DNA of 64,000 nucleotides, taken from the NCBI GenBank assembly GCA_963705255.1, contig OY970061.1:1504001-1568000 (forward strand). Direction: 5' to 3'. Numbering within the stretch: position 1 is the stretch's first letter; each line of letters opens with the position of its first letter. Below the pieces are notes generated by a model, which ran no database searches, was not told where the DNA came from, and saw only the letters and a program-made list of their open reading frames with translations. This DNA is from an uncultured Methanoregulaceae archaeon (lineage in GTDB: Archaea > Halobacteriota > Methanomicrobia > Methanomicrobiales > Methanospirillaceae). Made by a program: the position numbers and the translations under genes. Below, one piece after another: positions 1 through 12,126 of the stretch.

Positions 1-1145
1 CAGGACCTGACCAAGTGCTCCATCAATCACCCTGACCACGCGGTCAATCTCTGAATCGCTGATCGTGAGCGGCGGGACGAGCCGCAGGTTCCCGTCCGCC
101 GCACAGTTGACCAGCACCCCCTCCTCCCTGCAACGCTTCTGGATATCCGGGCAGGCATCCCCGACGCTGATGCCGATCATCAGTCCCCGGATGCGGGGAT
201 GATACTTTTTGAGGCCCTGACCGAAACGCTCGCCCTTGCGGCTTACCTCGGGAAGGATCTTCTCGATCACGCCGATGGTGGCAAGTGCTGCCGAGCAGGC
301 AAGAGGCCCCCCGGCAAAGGTACTCCCGTGCTCGCCTTTCCTGAACTCAATGCCTTCGCGGGCAAGGAGCGCCCCCATCGGAAAACCGCTTGCAATTCCC
401 TTGGCAAGCGTCACGATATCTGGGGTAATCTTCGTGTGCTGCATGGCAAGCCACTTTCCTGTACGCCCCATCCCGGTCTGCACTTCATCGACGATCATGA
501 GGGCCCCGGTCGTGTCGCATGCTTCCCGGATGCCCTCGAGAAAACTGTCGGGAGGTATGATAACGCCTGCTTCACCCTGGATCGGTTCCACGATCACGCC
601 GGCCGTATCCTGGTCGACAACCTTTTTGAGCGCGTCCACGTCCCCGTATTCGACGAACGTCCTGATCAGCCCGAGCGGTTCGAATGGTTCGCGGATCGAC
701 GGCTTGTGGGTAACTGCGAGAGAACCTACCGTCCTCCCGTGAAACCCGTGGGTGAAGGCGACAAACTTTTTCTTTCCGGTCCTGACCCGGGCCAGTTTGA
801 GGGCCCCGTCGGTTGCTTCCGCCCCTGAGTTGGAGAAGAAGGCCTTATGCATGCCGGTGATCTCCACCAGTCTCTTTGCCACGTCTCCCTGGTGCGGAAC
901 ATAATACAGGTTGGAGCAGTGGATCAGCCGGTGTGCCTGGTCGCAGATCGCCTTTACGACTGCCGGGTGGCAGTGCCCGGTGCTACAGACGGCGATACCC
1001 GCCACGCAGTCAAGGTACTCATTCCCGTCTGCATCCCAGACTTTCGTCCCTTCTCCCCGGACGATGGCCATGTCGCGGGAGAAAGCGGGCATATAGTAGC
1101 ATTCATCGAGCTCCTGTACTGGCGTGTTGTATCCATTGTTACCAT
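1..1145 (-). CDS. argD: Acetylornithine aminotransferase (class III PLP aminotransferase); runs off left edge, apparent frameshift near 1110
   Basis: Manual minus-strand translation gives YLDCVAGIAV, FFSNSGAEA, GFHGRT, EPIQGEAG, IVDEVQTGMGRTG, TLAKGIASGFPMG, HGSTFAGGP; N-terminus is in ORF 954..1145. Confidence 0.88.
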
Positions 1146-1184
1146 ATTTTACATCCGGATTTTTCTTTTCCCTTTGTCTGTCAA

Positions 1185-2102
1185 TTATTCATATTCGATC
1201 GTTGCCGGCGGTTTTGCCGTGATGTCATACACCACTCTCGCAACACTTGGGATGTCGGACGTGATCCTCGACCCGATTCTCACCAGCTGGTCGAACGGGA
1301 TCTCCAGCGGGTCCGCGGTCATGCCGTCCCGTGAATTCACCGCACGGATCGCGATGATCCACCCGTGGATCCGGTTGTCCCCCTTGACTCCGGTACCGAG
1401 CCCGAGGAGGGCCGCAAAGCACTGCCACGGGCGGTACTTCTCGACGAGTTCGTCCTCGACGATCCAGTTGGCTTCCCGGATGACTGCAACATTTTCCTCC
1501 GTCACTTCCCCGAGCACCCGTACCGCAAGCCCGGGCCCCGGGAACGGCATCCGGTGCTGGATCTCCTTTGGCAGGCCAAGGGCCCCGGCCACTTCCCGCA
1601 CTTCGTCCTTGTACAGGTCCCGGATCGGCTCAATCACCTTCGTGAACTCCATGTGGAGCGGCATCCCGCCGACATTGTGGTGGCTCTTGATCCCGCCTTC
1701 GCTCTCGATTCGGTCCGGGTAGATGGTCCCCTGCAGCAGGCACGTTGCCCCCTGCTTCCGGGCTTCCCGCTCAAAGACGCGGATGAACCGTTCCCCGATC
1801 GCCTTCCTCTTGGCTTCGGGATCGGTAATTCCCCGGAGGGCTTCAAGGAACTCGTCGCCCGCATCCACGACCTGCAGGTGAATGGCATCGAAGATCGTCC
1901 GGATCCGTTCCGTCTCGCCTTTGCGCATCAGGCCGGTATCGATATAGATCGGGATGAGACGGTCCCCGATTGCCCGGGCCGCAAGCGCCGCACAGACCGA
2001 GCTGTCGACACCGCCGGACAAGGCCATGACGACCCTGTCATCTCCGGCAGCTGCCATGATCTCGTCGATGGATTCCCGGATAAATTTCTCCGTATTGACC
2101 AT
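1185..2102 (-). CDS. guaA: GMP synthase subunit B (ATP pyrophosphatase subunit)
   Basis: [10 protein letters not shown]-loop, [32 protein letters not shown]-terminus; start at MVNTEKF. Confidence 0.95.
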   Translation of the reverse strand: MVNTEKFIRESIDEIMAAAGDDRVVMALSGGVDSSVCAALAARAIGDRLIPIYIDTGLMRKGETERIRTIFDAIHLQVVDAGDEFLEALRGITDPEAKRKAIGERFIRVFEREARKQGATCLLQGTIYPDRIESEGGIKSHHNVGGMPLHMEFTKVIEPIRDLYKDEVREVAGALGLPKEIQHRMPFPGPGLAVRVLGEVTEENVAVIREANWIVEDELVEKYRPWQCFAALLGLGTGVKGDNRIHGWIIAIRAVNSRDGMTADPLEIPFDQLVRIGSRITSDIPSVARVVYDITAKPPATIEYE

Positions 2103-2112
2103 GGATCCCTCT

Positions 2113-3690
2113 CTATTTCGTCCTCTGGTTCGCCCGGCACGCTTCCACGAAACCGAGGTACGGGGGACGGCTGGGTCGGGCGGGACTTGAACTCGGGGTG
2201 GAACTGGGTGGCAAAGTAGAACGGGTGGCCGGGCAGCTCCATACACTCCATCCGGTTCCGGTTGGTAGCCGAGAAGACAAGCCCGGCCTTCTCAAGCCGG
2301 GCGATGTACTCCGGGTTCACCTCATACCGGTGGCGGTGCCGTTCGGTGATCTGGCGTTCGTTGTATAATTTGAGCGCCAGGGTTTTTTCCCGCATATCGG
2401 CAGTATAGTTGCCAAGCCGCATCGTCCCGCCGAGTTCGTGGAGCCCTTCCTGTTCCGGCAGGAGGGCGATGACGTGAGAACCGTCGCCGAATTCTTCGCT
2501 GGTCGCATCCGCAATACCTGCCTTGTTCCGGGCATATTCGATGGTTGCGAGCTGGAACCCGAGACAGAGCCCGAGGAACGGGACATTGTTCTCGCGGGCA
2601 AACCGGATCGCCTCGATCTTTCCCTCGATGCCCCGCTTGCCGAACCCCCCGGGGATCAGGATGCCGTCATAATCCTTGAGCTGGCACCGCTCGTAGCGTT
2701 CCGCATCCAGCCACGCGATCTTCACTTCCGTGGAAAGCGCCCTCCCGGCATGTTTGAGGGCCTCCTTGATACTGATGTACACGTCCTCGATGCCGTACTT
2801 GCTGACGATCGCAACCGTGACACGGTTGGTGTATCCTTGGTCACCAGCCGGTACCAGTTGGTATCGGCCTCCTTTTTGTCCAGCCCGAGGTGGAGGGTCA
2901 GCACATCGGCAATGCCCTCTTTCTCCATCTCCATGGGGACTGCATAGGTATCCGGGACGGTTGCGGCAGAGATAACCGCACTCTGGGGGAGATCGCAGAA
3001 CGCCGAGATCTTTCTTTTCGTGCCTGCCCCGATAGGGTTCTCGCTTCGGCCGACGATGATGTCAGCATGCAGGCCCAGCTCCCGTAACGCCTTCACTGAA
3101 TGCTGGGTCGGCTTGGTCTTCATGTCCCCCATCGTATCTTCAGGGATAAGGGTGACATGGATCAGGACATAGTCGTGGGCGGGCAATTCGCCCCGCATCT
3201 GGCGGATGGCCTCAAGGAACGGCATGCTCTCTATGTCCCCCACCGTGCCGCCGACCTCGACGAGACAGACGTCCGCCCTGGTCCCGTCCGGGAATTCCTC
3301 TTCTGCAGCCTGCTGGATGCACTTCTTGATCTGGTCGGTGATGTGGGGGATGATCTGCACCGTTTCTCCGAGGAAATCGCCGCGGCGCTCCTGGTCGATG
3401 ACCGTGCGGTACACTTTCCCGGTGGTGATATTATGGGAGGCAGTGAGCTCGATGTCGAGGAACCGTTCATAGTTGCCGAGGTCGAGGTCGACTTCGCTCC
3501 CGTCCTTGAGTACGAACACCTCGCCGTGCTGTGCCGGGTTCATGGTGCCCGCATCGATATTGAGGTACGGATCGATCTTGACTGCCGTGACGCGGTAGCC
3601 CCTGTTCTTCAGGATGCGCCCAACGGACGCTGCAGTGATGCCCTTTCCAAGACCACTCATCACACCGCCGGTAATAATGATGTATTTCAC
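2113..3690 (-). CDS. pyrG: CTP synthase; apparent frameshifts near 2832 and 2165
   Basis: [39 protein letters not shown] (ORF 2722..3690); [30 protein letters not shown] (ORF 1928..2782); C-terminal PYLGFVEAC in ORF 2113..2295. Confidence 0.93.
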
Positions 3691-3874
3691 AGTGAACTCC
3701 CCGATTGCTTTACAATTTGCTCACAATACCTATTAGTGTTATCTTATCGCGGTGAAAAACGATTTTCGGCAAGATTCCGGCAGGATACGTTCCGCAGACC
3801 TTCGCGTTTTTGCATTCCCGGCACGGGTGCTTCTGAAGCAACATTAATTTATGGAAAAACCCAAACCGGTAACC

Positions 3875-4579
3875 ATGAAATTCAGACAGATTGCCGGCAT
3901 TCTGGCAATAGTACTATTTTTCTGTCTTGCATACCCGGTTGCCGCGGCGACAGCTACGGACAACGCGACAGACTTCTACAACAAGGGGGTAACGCTGCTC
4001 TCATCGGGGGATTACGGGCAGGCGATTACCTTTTTCGACCAGGCCCTTGCGTCGAACACGAGCTCGATCAAAGTAACAGGTGGCCTCCTCTATACGTACC
4101 AGGGCAAGTCCTATGCCCAGATCCAGATGGGGATGTACAATGATTCGCTCCTGACCCTTGATCAGGGGCTCGCACTCTATCCCAATGACAGCATGCTCTG
4201 GAACAACAAGGGCTACGCACTCTTCCTGCTCGGCAAAAACCAGGCTGCCCTCACGGCCTATGACCAGGCAATCAGCCTCGATCCGAATGATACGAACGCC
4301 CTGATCAACAGAGGAAATGTCCTCTCCGAAATGGGACGTTCCCAAGAGGCAGTTGATTCGTTTACTGCAGCAAACCAGACCGATCCGGGCAATTCCGCCG
4401 CTATGGCCGGCCTGGTCAAGGCCCAACCGGCTGCTGCCGGCTCAATGCATACAACGGTGATCGTCGTGATCGTTGTCCTGGTTGTCGCTGCAGTCGGAGT
4501 TGTCTGGTACGTGAAGTATTACCAACCCGGGAGAACAACGTCGTCAGAAAAGAAAGAGAAAGGAAAGAAGAAAGAATAA
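3875..4579 (+). CDS. Surface TPR-repeat protein with signal peptide and C-terminal membrane anchor
   Basis: Signal peptide MKFRQIAGILAIVLFFCLAYPVAA, TPR-like repeats (WNNKGYAL, ALINRGNVL), C-terminal hydrophobic helix followed by Lys-rich tail. Confidence 0.8.
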   Translation: MKFRQIAGILAIVLFFCLAYPVAAATATDNATDFYNKGVTLLSSGDYGQAITFFDQALASNTSSIKVTGGLLYTYQGKSYAQIQMGMYNDSLLTLDQGLALYPNDSMLWNNKGYALFLLGKNQAALTAYDQAISLDPNDTNALINRGNVLSEMGRSQEAVDSFTAANQTDPGNSAAMAGLVKAQPAAAGSMHTTVIVVIVVLVVAAVGVVWYVKYYQPGRTTSSEKKEKGKKKE

Positions 4580-4606
4580 GTGAAAAAGAATAAATTTTTC
4601 GTATTT

Positions 4607-5023
4607 TTACGGATTTGTTGTAACAGCGAATGCCGCAGATGTCCGGGAGAGCAGGGTCTTTTTATCGTCGTCCGCCCGGACTTCACCTTCGGTGAATGCG
4701 ACACGGCGCCCTTTCCGGATCACCCTCCCTTCGGCAAAAATCACCCCGTCCCGGGCCCCCCTGACAAAACTCGTTGATTCCGAGATGGTTGCAATTCCTT
4801 CCTGTTCCGACAGGAGCGGATAGATGGCCAGTGCCATAGCCTCGTCGGCAATAGCCGCGAGCATCCCCCCCTGCAGCCAGCCGACCCCGTTGTGCATGTC
4901 GGGGCGGACCTGCATTTTCAGCAGGGATTTACCCGGCTCCACGCTCACCACTTCAATCCCCATAAGGCAAAAAAAAGGGTTTGCATATTTCCCGTCTTTT
5001 TTGATCTTGTCCAGATATGACAT
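4607..5023 (-). CDS. PaaI-family hot-dog thioesterase
   Basis: HNGVGWLQGGMLAAIADEAMA motif; GRVIRKGRRVAFTEGEV strands. Confidence 0.85.
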   Translation of the reverse strand: MSYLDKIKKDGKYANPFFCLMGIEVVSVEPGKSLLKMQVRPDMHNGVGWLQGGMLAAIADEAMALAIYPLLSEQEGIATISESTSFVRGARDGVIFAEGRVIRKGRRVAFTEGEVRADDDKKTLLSRTSAAFAVTTNP

Positions 5024-5225
5024 GGTCATTCTAGGAGGTTTCTGGTCTGAGAGGATTAAGATTGTCCCTGTGCCCGGACCAGGCCCGGGAATCTCTCCGA
5101 AAAAGAGGTCGAGCGGTTCCTGCCGGTAAAAAGATACCAACATATTTTATCACACGCAATGATAGTATGATAAAGCACCCGGCATATTCCTGTGTGCATG
5201 TGAACTTCCCCCGGGGGTTTCTTTC

Positions 5226-5993
5226 ATGACCGATAAAGAGACGGTATCAATCTCGACAGATCCTGTATTTTTAAAAGAACTGTCAGAGTACCTGGAAGTC
5301 CTGTCGAACCCGATCCGGTTGAAGATACTCAAAGTCATTGAGAAACAGCCAAAAGAGATCAGCGAGATCGCTTCGAGTATCACCACAAGTTACGCCAACA
5401 CGAAGAAACACATAGACCAGCTCGTCCGGATCGGTCTCGTGAAAAAAGAGGCGGGATTCGGGAGGGAGACGGCAAAGGGTATCCACCCGGTCTGGAAATT
5501 TTCCCTCGTCGATGGCGGACTCGAGATGCTCATCAGGAACCTGGGCGTTTTTTCGAGTGTCAACATCCCCATGGGGTATGGGGATATCCATACGCGTATT
5601 GAACCGGTACGAAAAGCAATTCTCCTGGAATCGGGGCAGAATTTTCCGGCCCTCCATCTGGTGGAGGGTGACCAGGCAGGACGGACATTTCTGATCAGGA
5701 AGGACCGGGTCAGCATCGGGAGGTTCGACCCGGATTTCCCGGGCCATGCCAGGGAGGGGGACATCGTCCTGCCTGAGAATTACGTGGTGGTGACAAGGAT
5801 AACCAAGCCCCACGCGATTATCTCCCGGACGGGCAAGGAATGGTTCATCGAGGACCGTGGGAGCTCAAGCGGGACCTATGTCAACGCTGAGCTGATCGCA
5901 CCGATGTGCAGGACCGGGCTGAAAAACGGGGATGTCATCGATCTCGCGATTGGTGACAGTTCAGCACGGTTCCTCTTCGTCGTAAACGAGTGA
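5226..5993 (+). CDS. ArsR-type winged-HTH regulator fused to C-terminal FHA domain
   Basis: N-terminal VLSNPIRLKILKVI...ISEIA...HIDQLVRIGLV; C-terminal IGR, TRITKPHA, EDRGSSSGTYVN, LKNGDVIDL FHA signature. Confidence 0.82.
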   Translation: MTDKETVSISTDPVFLKELSEYLEVLSNPIRLKILKVIEKQPKEISEIASSITTSYANTKKHIDQLVRIGLVKKEAGFGRETAKGIHPVWKFSLVDGGLEMLIRNLGVFSSVNIPMGYGDIHTRIEPVRKAILLESGQNFPALHLVEGDQAGRTFLIRKDRVSIGRFDPDFPGHAREGDIVLPENYVVVTRITKPHAIISRTGKEWFIEDRGSSSGTYVNAELIAPMCRTGLKNGDVIDLAIGDSSARFLFVVNE

Positions 5994-5999
5994 AGTCTG

Positions 6000-8003
6000 A
6001 TGGCGGACCAGGGAGCTTCCGGAGTTCGGCGGCTGGCAATGGTGAACAGGTATTCCACCCTGGCAGCCGTTTCCATCCTGGTTATCCTTCTGGCAGCATC
6101 GCCGGTCTCTGCCAAAGTTTTCATATATGACGGGAAAAGCAGTGCCGGTTCCATCCAGGACACGATAAACAGTTCAAGTAACGGTGACAGTATCTTTCTT
6201 GCGGGTGGGAAATATTACGAAAACGTGGTGATCGACCGCCCGATCGTCTTCAGTGCGCTGGATACCGGAAACCCGCCCGAAATTATCGCGGGGGGACCGG
6301 GTGCAGGGATCGTTCTTGCAGCTGACGGAATTACCCTGAACGCGGTAAATCTTTCGGGGAATGCCCAGTACGGGCTTCTCGTCCAGTCGAACAACAACCG
6401 GATCAGTGCGATAACTATCGACGGGTTTGATCACGGCATGGGCCTGAGAACAGCATCAAACAACATCATATCAGGCAACACGTTCGTGAACAACAGTATC
6501 GGCGTTGAGGTCGACCGTTTTTCCCATACCAATACGTTCTTTCTGAACCGGTTCGACAATCCCGATGAAGTCGCCAGCCAGTCAAACGATAATGCATGGT
6601 TCTCCGGCCGCCAGGATTACCAGTACCTCGGTCGCGATATTACCGGCCCGATCGGGAATTCATGGGCGGGCTACACAGGTGCCGACAGACTATGGTGATG
6701 GGATCGGGGATACGCCTTACACGATAAACGGCTTCCCTGTCTCGCTCGGGGAAACACCAATCGTCGACCGCGCCCCCCTTGTGAGCGGGCCGGAATCCTA
6801 TACGCTCGTGAGATCCGCAGGCCTGGTAAACATAACAGGAATGGACCAGCTTGTCAAACTGCCGGAAACTTCGGCGGCTGGACAGCCGGGTACCCAGCAA
6901 CTCCCGGGGGTTCCGGTGCAGGCAGAATATGGTAATTTGCCCCAGACCGGGCAGGCGAATACCGCCGGGCCTCCCTCCCCGCTTCTCGTCACGTTGATCC
7001 AGTTCTGGTGGATCATCCCGGTTGCCATCATCCTGTCAGCGGGAGCGGGTATCTGGTTTGAACGGACCCGAAAGAGGGGAGTTCCTGCCGGGAATGCAGC
7101 TATGCGCCGGGCATGTCACCACGGAACGTTACTCTCGTCAAAAAACCCGGTCCCGTCAGGGACGAGAACGCCGGTTCCCCCGAACCCTATTATGCAGTCC
7201 GTCTCCCGCCCCAGCTGGAGAAAAAATATCCCGGGGCAGAATATATGGGCGAGGGCGGGGTCGGCAGGGTATTCCGGGCATGGGATCCGGAAGAGCGGAG
7301 GGAGATCGCGATTAAGGTCCCGATCCGGTTTGACGAGGTGACCGGCACGCAGTTTACCAGGGAACTCCACATCTGGCAGGGGCTCCACCACCCTAACATC
7401 GTCGAGATATACGCAGCAAACGTCTTTCCCATGCCGTACATCGAGATGGAGTATATCGGGTCGTCCCTGGCAACCATGAAATTTCCTCTCGGGATTAACC
7501 GGGCGGCCGCAATCATTTCTTGGGTTGCCGAAGGGTTGCGGTATGCTCACGAACGCGGGATCGTCCACCGTGATATCAAGCCGGAGAATATTCTGATAAC
7601 ACCTGAAGGTATTCCGAAGATCACGGACTGGGGACTTGCAAAGGCCCTCGCGGACACCAGACAGACGGGAGCTATCAGTTTTTCCATGGATTATGCCGCG
7701 CCGGAACAGCTAGCACCGAATATCTATGGGGATTCCGGCCAATGGACAGACATTTACCAGCTCGGGGTCCTTTTCTACGAGATGGTCTATGGCAAGGTAC
7801 CTTTCAGAGGCGATGGCATGGGTGAGGTGACGCAGTCAATCCTTCATGAAGAGCCGGTGTTCCCGGAACTGAACGACAGGAATTCCAGATCCATCCTCGA
7901 CATTATCAAAAAATGCCTACAGAAGAAACCCCAGGAACGGTATACTTCGGTTGCAGAACTTATTTCCGATCTCAACAGCCTGGATCTGTCTCAACAGTCC
8001 TGA
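6000..8003 (+). CDS. Membrane receptor-type Ser/Thr (Hanks) kinase: signal peptide, NosD/beta-helix ectodomain, TM, kinase; apparent frameshifts near 6689 and 7095
   Basis: ORFs 6000..6698 (SIQDTIN, YYENVVIDRP, NNIISGN), 6565..7341 (DGIGDTPY, TM FWWIIPVAIILSAGAGIWF) and 7113..8003 (GEGGVGRV, IAIK, HRDIKPEN, DWG, YAAPE, DIYQLG) join by single-base shifts. Confidence 0.8.
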
Positions 8004-8521
8004 TCGTTCGTGACAGAAAACCCGGGATTCATCAGGCAATTTCTGATCCCTCCCCCACTTTTTTTTTACAAGTTGGTGGCAGTTACCTGGATATATCCGG
8101 TCAGTTGAAAATAATGAGGTGCCGGTTGAACATGCTCAATGAACTGGCTGATAATCCCGATTCCTGCAATATTCTCTAAAATCTACTTACTGTCCGGTCA
8201 TTTTTTCGAGGACCTGGAAAACCCGCGTGGTTTACGTGAATATTCCGGAAACAGGAAGATGGTCTAACTGTAGAAAGACTCTGTTCACCGGTATCCTGAC
8301 AGGGATGGCATCTTTGCATGTCCAAAAAAATGGATGTTCCCCGGACGGATACGGAGGATACGTCAGGCAGGGTCTGCGGGGCTGCATGTTCTGTGGTTCG
8401 GTTTTTGACAGGGGCCAAAAACCACCAGGGGGAGAAAAATCTCTCACACCCGCCCTCTCGATACAAACGGGTATATCGTTACCGGTTTGGCACTTGCGTT
8501 CTCTCTTTCATTACCCGGGCG

Positions 8522-8902
8522 CTACGAGCCCGATGCGGGTGTCCCGGATGGGGGTGTACCGGATGGGGGTGTACCGTTCATCATTGCACCGCCGGGAGGT
8601 GTACCGGATGGTTTCGTGCCGGATGGCGGTGTACCGGACGGTGCTGTCCCGTTCATCATTGCACCACCGGGAGGTGTACCGGATGGGGCAGACTGGTTAA
8701 CCTGGGGCCCGTTTCCGCTTTTCACTGGCTGGTCGGCAGATTGCGTTGACGTTGAACCTGACTGATCCTGCACTGCCGTGGATGTCGGATTTCCAGAGGA
8801 CTGGGTAGATGAACTTCCGGCGTCCTGCGTGCAACCCGCTGTTACCAGTGCTGTCACAAGGATTGCTGATGCAATCAACATGAGAATGCTGCTCTTTTTC
8901 AT
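8522..8902 (-). CDS. Small lipoprotein with low-complexity PSGTP/GGAMM repeats
   Basis: MKKSSILML...VTAGC lipobox-like signal; repetitive Pro/Gly/Ser/Thr C-terminus. Confidence 0.7.
   Translation of the reverse strand: MKKSSILMLIASAILVTALVTAGCTQDAGSSSTQSSGNPTSTAVQDQSGSTSTQSADQPVKSGNGPQVNQSAPSGTPPGGAMMNGTAPSGTPPSGTKPSGTPPGGAMMNGTPPSGTPPSGTPASGS
8540..8690. repeat. Coding tandem repeat: 15-bp GTPPS-type units within a 75-bp duplicated unit
   Basis: GGTGTACCGGA recurs; CCGTTCATCATTGCACC occurs twice about 75 bp apart (25-aa unit). Confidence 0.75.
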
Positions 8903-10228
8903 GGGATATTTCTCCTGAAATACCGGGGTACATACCATTTTTATGTACTACCGGATAGGTTTTTAACGGCCCGAGACCGGGTCGTTGCCTGGAGAACCGT
9001 ATGCTTTCGCAGCCAGCCGCATGATCCATTCTTATCGAGAGGAGCATGGGATGAGAACTCCAGGCATTCCTGACTTTTTCACTATCATCCTTTGTTGAAT
9101 GATCTCCCTTTGGGGATCATCCTCCATCACAATTCTTTCGGGCAGTATTATATTCAAAGCATGAAAGCAGTGATATAATGGAAAAAAGCCGTCATTCATT
9201 CAACCGGCAGGTGAATATTATCAATAGACTGACATCCAGGCCAAACCGTACCCGCATGAAACCGGTATCATGCAACATTCTGGTTGTATCAGACGCATTG
9301 CCCCGTTTTTACCGTTCGCGAAGAAATGTTTTAAAAAAGAGAGGGTGATGCCAGGGTGGGAGGGGATTGATGTTCCCTGTCCAATCCGGTTGGCGGGCTG
9401 CGCGTTGTGGGTGACGCCACAATCCCATTTCCGGTTGGAGATCCCGGATTTGAGAGCCGGTCTCCCATGCTGCAGGGATGTTTATCATAGAACCTCCGCA
9501 ACGGTGTCCCTGGCTTTCGGGATTCCTGGTAATTCTTGTCTTTGCATTCATCGCGTCCCGCTGATTCCGTACATATCCCCCGGGTCCGGGTGCTGATCTC
9601 CCTGTCCCGGAGGTCCCCACAAAATCATGCTGAGTTCACCTGCGATAAGGACCTGCAATAATCCCTGGCCCATCGCTGGAGACCCCAGTCATGGTAAAGG
9701 TCTTCGGTATCCCTGTAGCATCACGTCCTGGCAAGCACCTCCTTTTTGTAAAACGGTAATCTCATACAGGTATATATTCGAAGTATGAAGTGAGTGATAT
9801 AATGAATTGTGACGAGGAATAATTGAACCAGACAGGTATACATAACCGGACGTGAGGGAATTTCATCCCGGGTGACAGTCAATGGAAAAACATGCATGCT
9901 GACCATAAGACCCGGTGGTGATAAACCTGCAACCGTCTGGCCAGTCTTATTGGCTTCCTTAATTGAGAACGTATTCAGGATGGGAAACTGTCGACAGGAG
10001 TTCCGGGTGAGCATCCCCTGCGCTATTCTCATTCATTCACACGCCTTGTGCCGTCTTCGGATCACCTGTCGCAACAATACCGTTTTTTACCAGGGTTATC
10101 CTCCAGATGACCGCCAGCCGGTTTATACTGTTCCCTGCATCCGATAGCCTGCCAATAAAAATGATCAGCCCCTCTGAACCGCCACTTATCTGACGGAAAG
10201 AGGTACAGGTGTCACGATGCTCTTTCTT

Positions 10229-11439
10229 TTATTCGCTCCTCAGGGCGTCTATCGGGTCCATATTCGATGCCCTCCAGGCAGGGTAGAGCCCTGAAATGAT
10301 ACAGACAACGATACCAATAAGCACACCCGCGGGGATGTAGACGATGCTATCCGGCAGGAAGAAATACTCAGTCGTACCGATCATGTAACTTACCACGGAA
10401 TACCCGATGACAAGACTGCCGATTCCTCCCAGACCGGCACCGATGATGCCAAGAATGAATGCCTCGTACAGGAACATCCGGCGTACTCCCCGGTTTCTGT
10501 CCCGATGGAGAGCAGGATCCCGATCTCCTGCACCCGCTCAATGACCGACATCATCATTACGTTGAAGATGCTCGTGGCAGCGACCAGCAGCGAGATGCCA
10601 CCAATCGCAAGAATGAACGTGGTCATCGTGCTCAGGGTCGATGTGATGCTGGACAACTGGGTACTTGCATCCGAGACCCGCACAACGGGGGTTTTTGCAT
10701 TGGTGTTGAGCTTCGCGGTGATCAGCTCTTCGGTACCTGTTATGTTATCGACGTTTTTCACGATCACATTTACCTGGGGGTACTCATCTTTCCCGCCGTA
10801 CTCTTTTACATACCAATCGTCGGAGACAACGATGGCATTGTCGGTTCTGACACTATCCGCCGCCTGTCCCCGTTCCTTGAGAATCCCGACGATCCTGACC
10901 TCCGAGCGGGATCCTGATGTACTGGATCCTACCTTGATCCTGCTCCCGAGTTTGAGGTTAAAATTGGTGGCGATCGTGGACCCCACAAGAGCATCATTTG
11001 CGCCAACAATGTTTGTCCCGTTCTCAATCGTAAGGAACTCGGTAATATGATCAGGATCAATCCCATATATCATGCCCCTGCCGGGAATAGAACTCAACGT
11101 GAATTCCGTATTTGTCGAATAAACGGGGATTATATTGCTGGCATTTGATCCCGCAGCCTGCTTGATTTTAAGAAGCTGTGTCTTGGTTATAACCGATGAT
11201 GCAGTGGAGGAAGTGGTACTGGATCCCGGCGGACCCATCCTGACAGCATCCGGCGTGATAACAACAGTATCTGCTCCAGCAGAGAGCTGATCTTTTGTCT
11301 CCAGCTGCATGTTGGTCCCGAGCATCCCCATCGTGGAGATGGCGATCACACCAATAACAATACCGATAGACGCCAAGATCGAACGCAGGTAATTCAGCCG
11401 GACACTTCTGACCGAGAGATCGAAGAAAATATCTCTCAT
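10229..11439 (-). CDS. ABC transporter permease (MacB/FtsX family); apparent frameshift near 10487
   Basis: RSILASIGIVIGVIAI, GGISLLVA...NVMMMSVIERVQEIG, GLYPAWRASNMDPIDALRSE. Confidence 0.88.
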
Positions 11440-12115
11440 GATTCTGCAATCCTCCCGTCTTCAAGCCGTATCGTGTGGTGAGCATATTCCGCGATCTTTG
11501 GATCATGGGTCACGAGGATCACCGTCTTTCCATCTTTGTGCAGGCCGCAGAGGATATCCATGATCTGGTAACCGGTCCTGCGGTCGAGATTCCCTGTCGG
11601 TTCATCGCAGAGGAGAATTTTCGGCTCATTGACCAGGGCGCGGGCCACGGCCACGCGCTGTTGCTGCCCACCGGAAAGCTGGGTGGGGCGGTGGGCACTC
11701 ATTTCCTTGTCAATCCCTACTGCTTCGAGCAGGGCGGTGGCTTTGCCGGTTGTGTCCCTCTTTTTGTACTTCAGGATGAGCGGGTATTCCACGTTCTCGT
11801 ATGCCGAGAGGAGTGGGATTAAGTAAAATTTCTGGAAGATATACCCGATGGTGTCCCTGCGCATATGCGTTCGTTCGAGGTTCGTCATGCCAGCCACATT
11901 CCTTCCGGCAATATACACTCTCCTGAGGTGGGAACATCGAGGATCCCCAACTGGTTCATCATGGTCGATTTACCGGAACCTGAAGGTCCCATGAGCGCGA
12001 CGAAGTCGTTTTCCATAATATCGAGCGAGACATGATCGAGCGCGGTGAAGTCACCGGCCTCGAGATGGTACACTTTCGACACATCCGCGAGCCGGATAAG
12101 AGGGGTATCGGCCAT
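11436..12115 (-). CDS. ABC transporter ATP-binding protein (LolD/MacB type); apparent frameshift near 11917
   Basis: GPSGSGKST Walker A (ORF 11885..12172); [30 protein letters not shown] (ORF 11436..11918). Confidence 0.9.
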
Positions 12116-12126
12116 ATCCGATCCTC

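Noticed and set aside
199-4143. Long plus-strand ORFs (199..828, 847..1722, 1365..2219, 3100..4143)
   Set aside because: Antisense shadows of argD, guaA and pyrG caused by codon bias; the same applies to 50567..51817, 52024..53145 and 61276..62361
8540-8690. Possible CRISPR-like repeat array
   Set aside because: Repeats are in-frame coding units of 15/75 bp without unique spacers, and no cas genes are present
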